In this document: positions 1-7,843 of the stretch, piece by piece
Numbering within the stretch: the stretch's first letter is position 1
Layout of the letters: each line of letters starts with the position of its first letter
Assembly (NCBI GenBank): GCA_017467625.1
Contig: JAFUSN010000003.1
Coordinates: 193,378-257,377 of the forward strand
Source of the DNA: Clostridia bacterium
GTDB taxonomy: Bacteria > Bacillota > Clostridia > Christensenellales > UBA1242
Direction: 5' to 3'
Length of the DNA: 64,000 nt
The notes under the pieces: generated by a model
The model's input: the letters and a program-made list of their open reading frames with translations, nothing else
What the model was told of the DNA's origin: nothing
The model's database searches: none
Position numbers and translations under genes: made by a program

Positions 1-670
1 TATAAACATATTTAAAAAGTTTGTAGAACAACGCCATGAATTTGAAATTAAATTAGTTTTAGCAGAATTTCCAAATGAAGATGCAAGGGCAGTTCTTTCA
101 TGGATTAAACTTTTAAATGATGATTTTGGATTAAAAGTTTCCGTTGTTGCTGAAATTGATAAATTAAATTTAAAAGATGATTTTGAAAAAGTTTTAAAAA
201 CTTTAAATGAGCAAAATGGAAATAAGGCGAGTGTTGAAATTTATACTGATGGTGCCTGCTCGGGCAATCCTGGTCCTGGTGGATGGGGAGCGGTTTTGTT
301 AAATGGAAAACACAAAAAAGAAATTTCTGGGTTTGACAAATCAACAACAAACAATCAAATGGAACTTTTGGCAGTTATAAAGGCGTTAGAAATGCTTAAA
401 ACTGAATGCACTGTAAACTTATATTCGGATTCGGCATATGTTGTTAATGCTATAAATCAAGGGTGGCTTTCAAATTGGCAGAACAACAATTGGCTTGGAG
501 CAGACAAAAAACCAGTAAAAAATCAAGAACTTTGGGAAAGACTTTCAAATCTTTTAGATCGACATGAAGTAATTTTTCATAAGGTTAAAGGTCATGCAGA
601 TAATGAATTGAACAATCGTTGTGATGAGCTTGCAACTGGTGAAATTGAAAAACATTCAAATCAAATTTAA
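1..670 (+). CDS. rnhA: Ribonuclease HI domain protein, 5' end outside the window
   Basis: The frame of the listed ORF 296..670 stays open back to nt 2. RNase H motifs are present: [55 protein letters not shown]. At least 75 aa of non-RNase-H sequence precede the domain. Confidence 0.8.
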   Translation, partial: INIFKKFVEQRHEFEIKLVLAEFPNEDARAVLSWIKLLNDDFGLKVSVVAEIDKLNLKDDFEKVLKTLNEQNGNKASVEIYTDGACSGNPGPGGWGAVLLNGKHKKEISGFDKSTTNNQMELLAVIKALEMLKTECTVNLYSDSAYVVNAINQGWLSNWQNNNWLGADKKPVKNQELWERLSNLLDRHEVIFHKVKGHADNELNNRCDELATGEIEKHSNQI

Positions 671-695
671 AAAGCACACCAAGTGGTGTGCTTTT
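671..695. terminator. Bidirectional intrinsic terminator between rnhA and the PadR-like gene
   Basis: Hairpin aaagcacacc-aagt-ggtgtgcttt flanked by A-run and T-run. Confidence 0.7.
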
Positions 696-696
696 A

Positions 697-3039
697 TTAT
701 ACATTGAAATTCTTTGAATAGAATAATGACATAAAAATTACATTTGAAATAACTGGTGCAAAACTAATAATTGCAGGAATTATCCAATACAAATGGTTAT
801 ATAGGCTTTGTGAAAAGCTATAGAAACCAAGTTGCAGGTTAACGCAATAAGTTATAAGCAAAAGTTGAACCGTAATAATAACTGAAATAAATGTCACAAT
901 TCTTGGTGCAAATTTTGCAGGAATTTTTTTGTATGGATTGATTATATATAAAACTGCATAATATCCAGCATAAATTACAAATGGAATAAATCCAAACAGG
1001 AAAAATTTAATGTGGAATCCAGTCATTTCTCTTGCACCTGTGTTGTTCAAAATTATGTAAAGTGCAGATAGAACAAACACATATCCAAATAGGAGTATCA
1101 AGCTTTTAACTAAATTAAGCTTGTTAATCAAAAGGTAATTCTTTTCAACTTCAAAGCTTGTTGATTTTTGATAGGTTTTAATTTTAATTCCTTCTTGTTC
1201 AAACTCTTTTTTAAGTGTTGCAATATCTTTTGATTTTTTAATTGCTTCAGGTTCTTCTGCGTTTAAATTTTGATTTTTTGAGTATTCAGAAAGATTTGAC
1301 AGTTTCTGTTTATATGTTTCACCAGTATAACTTGGTTTAAATGATTCATAGGTTCTATTTTGATACTCAGTGTTTTCAGTTTTATAGTTTGCAGCACTCT
1401 TTGAAATTATATCATCAAAATTATTTACTTCATTATTTTCAGTTTCTTCAGTGTCATTTTCAATGGTTGTGGTAGGGGAAAGTTCTACATTTTCAACTGT
1501 TTGGACAGTCTTCTCATGCGAATTTTCCTCCTTACTGGGAAATGATTCATCATATCCAACTTCACTGCTATTGAAAAAGCTTGCTGAATTTTCATCATTA
1601 ATATTGTCAAGTTCACTTAAATAATTTTCATCGTCTTCATTTTCAGCCACAAAAGTTTGTTGGTTGAATGTGTCTTCAGCATGTTCTTCATCTGGAACAT
1701 ATTCTTCAAATTCAAGCCCTTGATTGGTTGTTTCGCCCTCACTTGAAAAGTTGTTAAGTTCATCAATTGCATATGAAAATTGATCAATTTTGTCATCAAC
1801 TTCATCTTCACTTTTGCCAAGATCCATGTTTAAAATATTTTGTTGTTCAACATTTTGGTTTCCATAAATGCTTGTGTATGAATCATTTTCTCCAACATAT
1901 TCATTAACTTCTTCATCATGGCGCAACTTTGACAAAATGTTTTTCTCTTGTTCAGAATGATCTTCATTTTGAACAAAAGTTGTTTCAGATGAGTAGTTAT
2001 CATTTTGATTTTCTGTTTCATAATCGCCATAGCTGTATGATGGTGATTCATAACTAAATGCTTCTTGATCTTTAAAATTGTCAGTTTCATTTAGTTCTGT
2101 TGAAGGTTCTTCAGAATCAGCAGTCTCAGTTGAAAATTCTTCTTGAACAACTTCGTAGTCATCATTTTCAACCTCATTAGTTGATTCTTGATTGAGTTCT
2201 TTACTTTCATCTGTTTCATGAAATTCTTCATTTTCAGCATCAGTTTCAGCAACTTCTTCAAGTTCAACTGGTTCATTATTTTCTTCAAGTGGTTCAGTTT
2301 CGTTTAAACTTTGAGCCTCATCATTTTGATTTTCCTCATCGTCCATATCTAAAAAGTATTTTCTATAAGGTTGAGTTTGAGCAGGTGAGTCAGAAATTGT
2401 TTCATTTGATTCTTGAGGTTCATCATCTAAATTTTCTTGATCTTCTTCAACTTCATCTTCAACAATTTCTTGAGTTTCATTATCATCTTGAAGTTCAGAA
2501 AGGGTTGTTTTAAGTGAATTTATTAATTCAACATTTGATTGATAATCCTGATTGTTTTCAGATTCTGTTTCTTCTGTGTTTTCTACATCTGCTTCTGTTG
2601 TTTCGTTTTCATTTGCTGGTTTATATTCAAACTGTTTTCCTTCAATAATCTTGTCATAATCTTCTTTGTTAACCAAGCGGTATTCGTCGTAGTCGTGGTT
2701 TGACAAAAGGTTGTCAATAATAAATTTTGACTTTAGCCATTCTTCCTGTTTCTTTTGAAGGGTTTCACGACCCTTATCTGTAAGTTTGTAGTAGTGTCTT
2801 CTTCCACCAATATCGCTATCAACCCAATATGATGAAATTAGCTCTTGATTTTCAAGACGCTTTAAACAGCTATATAGTGTTGGTTGTTTAAGTTCGTAAG
2901 TTCCATTGCTTTTGGCTTCAACTTCTTTAATAATGTCAAGTCCATACATATCTTGATCAACCATTGTTTTCAAAATAATGGTATCAATGTTGCCACGAAT
3001 TAAATCACTATCAATATTTGGCATACGCTTCATCCCCAT
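697..3039 (-). CDS. PadR-family winged-helix regulator fused to a long acidic linker and a C-terminal polytopic membrane domain
   Basis: The N-terminus (IRGNIDTIILKTM..YGLDIIKEV..LKQPTLYSCLKRLE..YYKLTDKGRE) is a typical PadR wHTH. About 480 aa of D/E/N/S/T-rich low-complexity sequence follow. The last ~170 aa hold 5-6 hydrophobic helices. The start could instead be Met3 or Met6. Confidence 0.7.
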   Translation of the reverse strand: MGMKRMPNIDSDLIRGNIDTIILKTMVDQDMYGLDIIKEVEAKSNGTYELKQPTLYSCLKRLENQELISSYWVDSDIGGRRHYYKLTDKGRETLQKKQEEWLKSKFIIDNLLSNHDYDEYRLVNKEDYDKIIEGKQFEYKPANENETTEADVENTEETESENNQDYQSNVELINSLKTTLSELQDDNETQEIVEDEVEEDQENLDDEPQESNETISDSPAQTQPYRKYFLDMDDEENQNDEAQSLNETEPLEENNEPVELEEVAETDAENEEFHETDESKELNQESTNEVENDDYEVVQEEFSTETADSEEPSTELNETDNFKDQEAFSYESPSYSYGDYETENQNDNYSSETTFVQNEDHSEQEKNILSKLRHDEEVNEYVGENDSYTSIYGNQNVEQQNILNMDLGKSEDEVDDKIDQFSYAIDELNNFSSEGETTNQGLEFEEYVPDEEHAEDTFNQQTFVAENEDDENYLSELDNINDENSASFFNSSEVGYDESFPSKEENSHEKTVQTVENVELSPTTTIENDTEETENNEVNNFDDIISKSAANYKTENTEYQNRTYESFKPSYTGETYKQKLSNLSEYSKNQNLNAEEPEAIKKSKDIATLKKEFEQEGIKIKTYQKSTSFEVEKNYLLINKLNLVKSLILLFGYVFVLSALYIILNNTGAREMTGFHIKFFLFGFIPFVIYAGYYAVLYIINPYKKIPAKFAPRIVTFISVIITVQLLLITYCVNLQLGFYSFSQSLYNHLYWIIPAIISFAPVISNVIFMSLFYSKNFNV

Positions 3040-3083
3040 ACTTATTTTATGTAAGTGTTTATAATTATACTTATTTTAAGTAT
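3040..3083. promoter_or_regulatory. Two palindromic candidate PadR operators
   Basis: ACTTA-ttttatg-TAAGT lies at about 3040-3056 and ATACTTA-ttt-TAAGTAT at 3067-3083. The 12-mer atacttatttta occurs twice (3038-3049 and 3067-3078). The second palindrome overlaps the predicted -10 box. Confidence 0.4.
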
Positions 3084-3107
3084 AACTTTAACTTGGGCGT
3101 TAGTCAA
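3079..3107 (-). promoter_or_regulatory. SigA-type promoter of the PadR-like gene
   Basis: Minus strand reads TTGACT (3102-3107), 17 nt spacer, TATACT (3079-3084). Confidence 0.5.
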
Positions 3108-3248
3108 ACAAAAATCAATGTTTAGACCTTGTTTGAACGACAAATAAGTGTTATATTTTCAAAAAATAGTTAATAATTTCTTTAACATGTGTTATAATTT
3201 CGTTATTGGTTTGAGCAAAAATGTATAAAATTATATGTGGAGGAACAA

Positions 3249-3926
3249 GTGATTACACCTGACTACATTGAACGATCAAACAGAAAAACGCTTTCACTAT
3301 CAATCTTAAAAGATGGTAAAATTGTTGTAAAAGCACCATTAAAAATGAAAGACTCGGTGGTCTATGATTTTGTTTTATCAAAACAAAATTGGATTGAAGA
3401 AAAACTTGAGTTTATTCATGAAAATAGAAAACAATTTGATGATGTTGTTCGCTATGAAAGGTTTTTGCTTTATGGAAACAGATACACACCAATTTATAGT
3501 GATGTGAAAAAAATTGAAACAGATGATAAATTCCAATTGATAATTCCACGAAAAACTGATAAGGCAAAAGTTTTGAAAACAATAAAGTCTTGGTATAAAA
3601 AATGTGCGAAAGAGGTTTTGGGGAAACGTTTAAAATTTATTGAAAACAGAATTAGAATTCAATCAACCGGCCTTCGTATTGGTGACAGCAAGGGAAGATG
3701 GGGAAGTTGTAATAGCCGAGGAGCTATTTGTTTTAATTTTAGAGTTGTTATGCTTCCACCAGATGTTATTGATTATGTTATTGTTCATGAACTATGCCAC
3801 ATTGTTGAGATGAATCACAGTAAAAAATTTTGGGCATTAGTTGAAAAGTTTTTGCCAAGTTATCAAAAACTTAAAAATAAAATTAAAGATTATGGATTTT
3901 TACTTTCACTTTTAAACGAAATTTAA
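3249..3926 (+). CDS. YgjP-like (DUF45 / M48-type) metal-dependent hydrolase
   Basis: HExxH motif in VIVHELCHIVEMNHSKKFW near the C-terminus, with family-typical size. Start moved to the GTG at 3249, which lies 5 nt after a GGAGG; the listed ORF starts at 3237. Confidence 0.7.
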   Translation: MITPDYIERSNRKTLSLSILKDGKIVVKAPLKMKDSVVYDFVLSKQNWIEEKLEFIHENRKQFDDVVRYERFLLYGNRYTPIYSDVKKIETDDKFQLIIPRKTDKAKVLKTIKSWYKKCAKEVLGKRLKFIENRIRIQSTGLRIGDSKGRWGSCNSRGAICFNFRVVMLPPDVIDYVIVHELCHIVEMNHSKKFWALVEKFLPSYQKLKNKIKDYGFLLSLLNEI

Positions 3927-3951
3927 AGGGACCGCATTTTGCAGTCCCTTT

Positions 3952-4455
3952 TTAAAATTCATCATTTTCAATTCGTCCAGTTAATTCACCAAAATTTAAA
4001 AGTCCGTTAAAATTTTGTTGACGTAATGCCTCATAAACAATTATTGCAACAGAATTACTTAAATTTAAACTTCTTGCTTTCTGATCCATTGGAATTCGTA
4101 TACATTTATCATAATTGTGTTTTAAAAGATTTTCACTTAGGCCATAACTTTCTTTTCCAAAAACAATGAAACAGCCATCTGGATATGTTACTTCGGAATA
4201 TATTTTTTGAGATTTTGTGCTGGCATAATAAAAGCAAGCATTTGGATTTTGATTCAAAATTTCTTGAAATGAATCAACCACAGTTACATTAGCAAAATCT
4301 TTATAGTCCATTTCAGCTCGTTTAAAATGCTTATCGTCTAAAATAAATCCAAGGGGCTTAACCATATAAAGCTTTGAACCAGTTGCGGCAGCGGTTCTAA
4401 CAATATTACCGGCATTTTGAGGTATTTCTGGCTCAACTAAAACAATATTAACCAT
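3952..4455 (-). CDS. trmL: tRNA (cytidine/uridine-2'-O)-methyltransferase, SpoU/TrmL family
   Basis: N-terminus IVLVEPEIPQNAGNIVRTAAATG, C-terminal RIPM..ARSLNLSNSVAIIVYEALRQ, 167 aa. Confidence 0.8.
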   Translation of the reverse strand: MVNIVLVEPEIPQNAGNIVRTAAATGSKLYMVKPLGFILDDKHFKRAEMDYKDFANVTVVDSFQEILNQNPNACFYYASTKSQKIYSEVTYPDGCFIVFGKESYGLSENLLKHNYDKCIRIPMDQKARSLNLSNSVAIIVYEALRQQNFNGLLNFGELTGRIENDEF

Positions 4456-4575
4456 AATTTCTCCTAATAAAAAATTATAGTTATAACATGTCTTGTTGTC
4501 AAACTAAAATGAATTTTGGTTTAGGTATTGAATTAAAGCACTTAGTATGATAAAATTGTAAAGATAGGTGAATAA

Positions 4576-5481
4576 ATGAGAAATAATATTTTTGCAAAAG
4601 TGATTAGTGAATGGCCAGAGGCAAGTGAAACAAGGAGAATTGGTTTACTGCAAGAAGTTGAAAATTATTTTGCTAGGGAAGAAGGTAGAAAATCTAGAAG
4701 AGTTGTTTATGCTCCACATTACGCAAATTTAAATATTCAATATGCAAAAGCTTCAGCATTTTATAATAGGGAAGAGCCAGAAACAATCTACATAATTAGA
4801 TTTTTTGAAAATCCAATGGACGCAATTATTCAAATTCATCATGAAGGATATCATGCAAATATCCATGATTATGTTTTAGGTGAGTCTAATTTAGAGGTTT
4901 ACAACGACCTTAACAAATCAAATTTTGTTAAAGAACAAGAAAATTTTGATATTGTTATCTCTGAACTTGTTAATATGTTTGGCAATGATGCGTTTAAATT
5001 TAAAGCATATAGTAGCATTGAAGAAGAAAGTAATGGATATGAAAATGCTATTGTAGGTTTAAAGATTGTATTAGATTTAATTGAAAATGAAGATGATTTA
5101 TTTAAACTTTTGCCCTATGCTGCAACTGCACTGGAAGGGTTGCTTCGAAGGCTTGGCGAAGCAGGTAAGGTGGAAAGAGTTGTTAATTTGAACTATGAAG
5201 CTATGCTAAATTTAATTGATATACAAGTTCCAAATAATGTAAAAACAAAAATAAAACAGAGTGACAAAAAAATCATAACTAAAAAAGATGAGCTCCTGTT
5301 ACATATTTTTAATAAGCTACTAAGTTCATATAAAAAATGTTATGAAAAAAGCGTTGATATGGAAGAACTTGGAATGCCAGGAGAAATTATAGAAAATATA
5401 CTTCAAAAAGATCAAATGTCTTTTATTAATGAATACATGCTGGCAGTTTCAGTGTGGATGAAACAAAAAGTATATTCTTAA
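4576..5481 (+). CDS. Hypothetical protein with an HExxH motif (HEGYH)
   Basis: 301-aa ORF with its own RBS (aggtga) and terminator. The only recognisable feature is IQIHHEGYHANIHDY. Confidence 0.5.
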   Translation: MRNNIFAKVISEWPEASETRRIGLLQEVENYFAREEGRKSRRVVYAPHYANLNIQYAKASAFYNREEPETIYIIRFFENPMDAIIQIHHEGYHANIHDYVLGESNLEVYNDLNKSNFVKEQENFDIVISELVNMFGNDAFKFKAYSSIEEESNGYENAIVGLKIVLDLIENEDDLFKLLPYAATALEGLLRRLGEAGKVERVVNLNYEAMLNLIDIQVPNNVKTKIKQSDKKIITKKDELLLHIFNKLLSSYKKCYEKSVDMEELGMPGEIIENILQKDQMSFINEYMLAVSVWMKQKVYS

Positions 5482-5486
5482 ATTAG

Positions 5487-5518
5487 AGGAATACAAGAAA
5501 AGTATTCCTTTTTATTTT
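5487..5518 (+). terminator. Intrinsic terminator
   Basis: aggaatac-aagaaaa-gtattcct followed by tttttattttt. Confidence 0.75.
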
Positions 5519-5630
5519 TAATTTTAATGGGGAATGAAAGTGAAAACACTGAAATTTCCCGTATTTATGAGAGGTTTTTAGTGATATAAACACTTTAGTT
5601 TTAAACTTAATTGTTAACAACTTTTATGCA

Positions 5631-5664
5631 ATCTATTCGCAAAACGCGTGTTTTGCGAATAGAT
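5631..5664. repeat. Perfect 15-4-15 palindrome (readable as 11-6-11); candidate recombinase or regulator site
   Basis: atctattcgcaaaac-gcgt-gttttgcgaatagat. It is not followed by a T-run and lies in an ORF-free region. Confidence 0.6.
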
Positions 5665-5841
5665 ATGGGGTTTTGGATAGGGGTTTTTGACACTTTTTAA
5701 CAATTGATAAAAACAATACGGAAATTTGATTTGTTTAATTGAGTTGATTTAAAGTTTATGGATATTTTATTTTTAAATCGCTGTAAATGCTTATTTTATC
5801 AAACTCTTATCTCACATAATACCATTTGAATAAATTGGTGC

Positions 5842-5883
5842 TATGTGAATCATAATAGACTGTGTTATGTGCGCCATAATAGA
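5842..5883. repeat. Two 18-bp direct repeats with 24-bp period
   Basis: tatgtgAATcataataga at 5842-5859 and tatgtgCGCcataataga at 5866-5883. A partial copy (ctcacataatacc) lies about 30 nt upstream. Confidence 0.5.
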
Positions 5884-6142
5884 AATGTTTTTATCATATC
5901 ACTTAATTATATTTTAAATTTCTTGATTAACTTTCACTGTATTTAATTTATGAGTTATTTTGCAATTTGAGCAAAGTTTTTGATTTTTAAATTTTTCAAT
6001 ATTAATTTGAATTATGGTGTAATACTCCCCCAAATTTGCTTGTGTGACATAGCACTTTTATCAAATTATTTAAAAAAAATGTTTATTTTGATTTTATTTA
6101 TTTTTAACTTATGTTATAATTCACATATATAGAGGTGAAATT

Positions 6143-6658
6143 ATGGAAAGATTTTTTTTAGCGAGTTCTGGTGCAACAGCTCTTTGGATTGTTGTTGATG
6201 TGCTTTTGATGCTCACTGCAATTGGTTTATTTGTTTGGTTTTATTTTATGTTCATTAGAAAGTCTTCTAGTAAAGTTGAAGATGACTCAGTGAAAAAAAT
6301 TAATTCTGATACCTATGTGATTGAAAAGTCATCAAATGATTCAGATTCAAATCCAGTTGAAATTAAAACAAATCGTGTTGAACATTTCTCATCGCAAATA
6401 AATGAAATTTATGAGCCAGTTAAGGATAAACCCGCAACTGATGTAAAAGTTTCAGATGAGCCAAAGGAAAAGACATTGAAAAAAGAAGAAGTTATTAATT
6501 TTGCTCCTTCTCCACGCAAAACTAAAATTAAGACCACAAAAAAACCAAAGGAACAACCAAAGCAAAAAATTGAAAATCCAACTTATGATGAAGCAAGAAA
6601 TTTTGTTGATGTTATTAAAAGTGAACAAACAACCAAGAGAAAAAGAAAAACAAAATAA
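6143..6658 (+). CDS. Hypothetical membrane-anchored, lysine-rich protein
   Basis: Good RBS (agaggtga) and an extended -10 (tgttataat) upstream. One N-terminal TM helix is followed by a K/E/P-rich tail. A terminator hairpin lies at about 6658-6686. Confidence 0.55.
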   Translation: MERFFLASSGATALWIVVDVLLMLTAIGLFVWFYFMFIRKSSSKVEDDSVKKINSDTYVIEKSSNDSDSNPVEIKTNRVEHFSSQINEIYEPVKDKPATDVKVSDEPKEKTLKKEEVINFAPSPRKTKIKTTKKPKEQPKQKIENPTYDEARNFVDVIKSEQTTKRKRKTK

Positions 6659-6716
6659 AGAGATGCATGTATGCGTCTCTTTTTTCTTCCCTTGATAAGT
6701 TTTAAATTAAATTTAA

Positions 6717-6728
6717 CTATTCGCAAAA
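6717..6728. repeat. Third copy of the palindrome arm ctattcgcaaaa, 39 nt upstream of the recombinase ATG
   Basis: Exact 12-nt match to the arms of the 5631-5664 palindrome. Confidence 0.5.
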
Positions 6729-6766
6729 TATTTGACAATGATGTTTTTTAGAATTAAAATTTAATT

Positions 6767-7813
6767 ATGAAAAATCAAACTTATTATAATGAACAAAAAA
6801 CAAAAAATACTGAAAAACTTAGAAATGTTTTACATGATCTCCCCGATTTTGCATGGGACTTTTTTACTGGAATTGAAAATAAAACAAGTGCTTTAACAAG
6901 GCTAAATTATGCATATGACTTAAGGCTGTTTTTTAAGTGGGCTTTGTCAGAAACTAATTTATTTCCTGGAAAATCCATGCTTGATTTAGAAGTTAAAGAT
7001 CTTGAAAAATTTCATACAACTCACTTTGAGCGCTATATGAGTTATTTGTCATCTTATGTTGATGATAATGGTAACACAATTACTAATGAAGAACGAGGAA
7101 AAGCGCGCAAGATTGCATGTGTTCGTTCATTTTTTAAGTATTATTTTAGGCGTGAAATGATTTCGGTTGACCTTGCAAGTAAAATTGAGATGCCAAAACT
7201 TCACGATAAGCCAATTATTAGATTTGAAGAAAATGAAATGTATAGATTTATGGATACAGTTGATACTGGTTATGGACTTTCTGGTCATGAACAAGGTTTC
7301 CATAAACATACCAAAATTCGTGACGTTGCAATTATAACTCTTCTTCTTGGAACGGGTCTTCGTGTTTCTGAGTGTGTTGGACTTAATGTTACTGATGTTG
7401 ACTTTAATATAAATGGAATTAATGTTACCAGAAAAGGTGGAAATCAGGTTATTTTGTATTTTAGTGATGAAGTTAAAGTTGCCCTTTATGATTGGCTTGA
7501 AGAAAGGGCAAAAAATCCCCTTTTAATTGATGAACCAGCTCTTTTTGTTTCACTTCAAAATAAAAGAATTTCAACCAGGGCTGTTGAAAAATTGGTTAAA
7601 AAATATGCAAGTATTGTTACACCTCTTAAGCATATAACTCCACATAAACTTCGTTCAACATATGGCACAAGGCTTTATGAAGCCACACAAGATATTTATG
7701 TTGTTGCAGACGTTTTAGGACATAAAGATGTTAACACAACTAAAAAACACTATGCGGCAATTTCTGATGGAATTAGACGTGATGCATCAAAAGCAGTTTC
7801 TCTTAGAAAATAA
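6767..7813 (+). CDS. Tyrosine site-specific recombinase, XerS-like architecture
   Basis: C-terminal catalytic signature: GLRVSE, VTRKGG, ITPHKLRSTYGTRLY, LGHKDVNTTKKHYA. The 348-aa length and the N-terminal LP..F....S..T...Y..DL..FF.W pattern resemble streptococcal XerS as I recall it. Confidence 0.75.
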   Translation: MKNQTYYNEQKTKNTEKLRNVLHDLPDFAWDFFTGIENKTSALTRLNYAYDLRLFFKWALSETNLFPGKSMLDLEVKDLEKFHTTHFERYMSYLSSYVDDNGNTITNEERGKARKIACVRSFFKYYFRREMISVDLASKIEMPKLHDKPIIRFEENEMYRFMDTVDTGYGLSGHEQGFHKHTKIRDVAIITLLLGTGLRVSECVGLNVTDVDFNINGINVTRKGGNQVILYFSDEVKVALYDWLEERAKNPLLIDEPALFVSLQNKRISTRAVEKLVKKYASIVTPLKHITPHKLRSTYGTRLYEATQDIYVVADVLGHKDVNTTKKHYAAISDGIRRDASKAVSLRK

Positions 7814-7840
7814 AAAAACCACCAATTTGGTGGTTTTTTA
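7813..7840. terminator. Bidirectional terminator at the convergence of the recombinase gene and proS
   Basis: aaaaaaaccaccaa-ttt-ggtggtttttt. Confidence 0.75.
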
Positions 7841-7843
7841 TTT

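Noticed and set aside
1617-2513. Four listed ORFs (1617-1820, 1830-2090, 2091-2288, 2289-2513) inside the acidic region of the PadR-like gene.
   Set aside because: They are alternative-frame or antisense shadows of one continuous 780-codon ORF. Their K/M/L-rich translations are what the complement or shifted frame of GAA/GAT-rich coding DNA produces, and they have no RBS.
1200-2700. Possible tandem DNA repeat or CRISPR-like periodicity in the acidic linker coding region.
   Set aside because: I found no exact repeat unit or regular spacing by eye. The pattern is compositional bias (GAA/GAT/AAT codons) within an intact ORF.
3040-3060. TTATGTAA motif resembling the XerD arm of the Firmicute dif site (B. 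subtilis ...TATATATTATGTAAACT).
   Set aside because: The sequence in the position of the other arm does not match. The motif overlaps the PadR-like gene start and is better explained as part of a palindromic operator.
6501-6695. Miscellaneous overlapping listed ORFs, for example 6501-6695, 17001-17195, 25213-25404, 33972-34166, and the many 60-150-aa ORFs antisense to large genes.
   Set aside because: Each lies within or overlaps a much longer, motif-supported gene in another frame or on the other strand, and none has its own RBS.
6767-7813. The tyrosine recombinase as the integrase of the 51-63 kb phage-derived cluster.
   Set aside because: It lies 44 kb away and is separated by about 45 housekeeping genes in conserved synteny. 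Its features are Xer/XerS-like rather than phage-integrase-like.
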